Assembly (NCBI GenBank): GCA_044359815.1
Contig: JBIKLL010000018.1
Span: 1 to 39,053 of the forward strand
Origin: Pseudobdellovibrionaceae bacterium
Lineage (GTDB): Bacteria; Bdellovibrionota; Bdellovibrionia; Bdellovibrionales; Bdellovibrionaceae
Direction of reading: 5' to 3'
DNA: 39,053 bases
Position numbers and translations under genes: made by a program. Positions 37,827-39,053 of this stretch are shown here, piece after piece (within the stretch, counting starts at the first letter, position 1; each line of letters begins with the position of its first letter). A model generated the notes under the pieces. That model was not told the origin of the DNA. It did not search any database and worked only from the letters and a program-made list of their open reading frames with translations.

Positions 37827-38252
37827 TCAGTAAGCACTGGGGTCAATGGAATCATCAGAAATTTTGCAAACAAAAGTATCAAGCGGAAGCATGGATCGTC
37901 TGGTGCCATAGGTGTATTTATCCATAGTGGCCCGTGATTCAGTGATATTTGAGATCACGTATTCAACTGAACTTAGGTCGTCGGCTTCTGGTAGTGACAG
38001 CAGCAATTCGTCATTACCGGTAGTGATGGCTGCTGAAGTGTTATTGTTGGCCCACCGGTCTTGATTTCGCAGTTTATAAGACCAATTGTTTCCAGCGGGT
38101 CCCTGAAATGTGCCGTTGTGGCTATAGATCTGGATTTCAATTTTGCGAAAGCCCATTCCAGTGCGTAAGGCGCCTTTGCCACAGACCAAAAACAAAGCAC
38201 CAAATGAGGTTTCAGCTAAAAGCATAATTAAAATCAACACGACGGTTTTCAT
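37827..38252 (-). CDS. Small secreted hypothetical protein
   Basis: Signal peptide; one Cys near each end (LVC...FVC); GGAG SD. Confidence 0.75.
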   Translation of the reverse strand: MKTVVLILIMLLAETSFGALFLVCGKGALRTGMGFRKIEIQIYSHNGTFQGPAGNNWSYKLRNQDRWANNNTSAAITTGNDELLLSLPEADDLSSVEYVISNITESRATMDKYTYGTRRSMLPLDTFVCKISDDSIDPSAY

Positions 38253-38349
38253 TTTATCTCCAAAGTTTTTTTGAAAATTTTCGCTTGGGTCGGAAGGGGA
38301 ATACCACAGGGAAATTGCTAATGAGAAGCCTTATTTGCGACAAGCTTGC

Positions 38350-38672
38350 AGATGATTTTGGGACTGGCGGAGAGGGCGGGATGGTTCGGGCAATCCTAGC
38401 CCTCACCCTTTGCGCTTATAGCGCTCAGGGCTTGCGCGCAAAAATCGCCACGCCAGCGCGACTTCGTCGCTTCTTCGGCAAATGCCTCGATGGCTTCCTG
38501 CGATTTTTGTTGAACCCGCGAACCATTGATAGATTCAGAATCACACTCCAAAACCGCCAGTCCCAAAATCATCTAGCACGAGGCGGACAAAAACTTGCGA
38601 CTGAGGCGTGGTACGGCCACGTCGCAAGGAAGCAAGTTTGTAGTTCAACAATGTGCTAGAAGATTTTCGGAC
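38350..38672 (-). repeat. tRNA-linked structured element with direct and inverted copies of the tRNA-Ser 3' end
   Basis: 38354-38382 matches 38662-38690 at 28/29 nt; inverted copy at 38554-38579; ttgaacccgcg copy at 38510-38520. Confidence 0.8.
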
Positions 38673-38765
<93 letters not shown>

Positions 38766-38857
38766 GGCGCTTAAGTATATTTTGGCTTTTCAGTGAAAAA
38801 ACTGCCACTTTTGGCAGATATGATCAAGAATTAGTTCTGCAGAAGGCCGCAAAATCA

Positions 38858-38886
38858 TTGATTTTAAGGTTTCAAATGCATAAAAA
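38858..38886 (+). promoter_or_regulatory. Candidate sigma-70 promoter for tRNA-Arg
   Basis: TTGATT-17 nt-TAAAAA, ending 11 nt before the tRNA. Confidence 0.45.
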
Positions 38887-38897
38887 AGGACTTTCGG

Positions 38898-38974
38898 GCG
38901 CCCGTAGCTCAGCTGGATAGAGTACTTGACTACGAATCAAGTGGTCGGAGGTTCAAATCCTTCCGGGCGCGCCA
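38898..38974 (+). tRNA. tRNA-Arg (ACG)
   Basis: GCGCCCG acceptor stem; anticodon arm CTTGA-CTACGAA-TCAAG; GGTTCAAATCC; encoded CCA. Confidence 0.97.
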
Positions 38975-39053
38975 TTTAAATCCGAAACAACAAACAAGCA
39001 CAAAATTGATTTTAGAAAAGATCCTGGGATTGAAGGATTTGAATAGCAGCATA

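Noticed and set aside
38316..38331. Third sigma-54-like site (AGGCTTCTCATTAGCA on the minus strand)
   Set aside because: GG-N10-GC spacing is present but the flanks match poorly; could be chance.
38365..38520. Second tRNA-Ser gene with an intron
   Set aside because: Only the T arm and 3' acceptor strand are present; there is no D arm, anticodon arm or 5' strand.
38285..38659. 124-aa plus-strand ORF
   Set aside because: Overlaps the GC-rich structured tRNA-linked element; TTG start with no SD and no recognisable motif.

Overview
Chromosomal window of an AT-rich Gram-negative bacterium, probably a Bdellovibrionota-like predator (inferred from TIGR02147/DUF4423, DUF4360 and DUF3015/DUF4105 genes and GGTT- and Thr-rich lipoproteins). 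In order it holds: the 3' part of secA; a DUF4360/TIGR02147 trio; a BamE-like lipoprotein; a divergent cluster of an atypical KAS III, acyl-CoA ligase, SDR and two alpha/beta hydrolases; a complete caa3-type (A2) cytochrome c oxidase operon; maiA and an FAH-family gene; a DUF4105/DUF3015 cluster; several surface or lipoprotein genes; a split and probably 5'-truncated propeller-like gene; a DEAD-box helicase; mscL; a guanine deaminase-like gene; arfB; and divergent tRNA-Ser(GCT) and tRNA-Arg(ACG). No CRISPR array, transposase or integrase was seen. The most unusual non-coding signals are (i) a 282-bp, almost fully palindromic, TA-flanked element between two convergent stop codons (19579-19864) and (ii) a 308-bp structured unit after tRNA-Ser that regenerates the tRNA 3' end, carries a 127-bp insert in the copied T-loop and includes an inverted copy of the CCA end. 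Family calls come from motif recognition only; no database searches were run.
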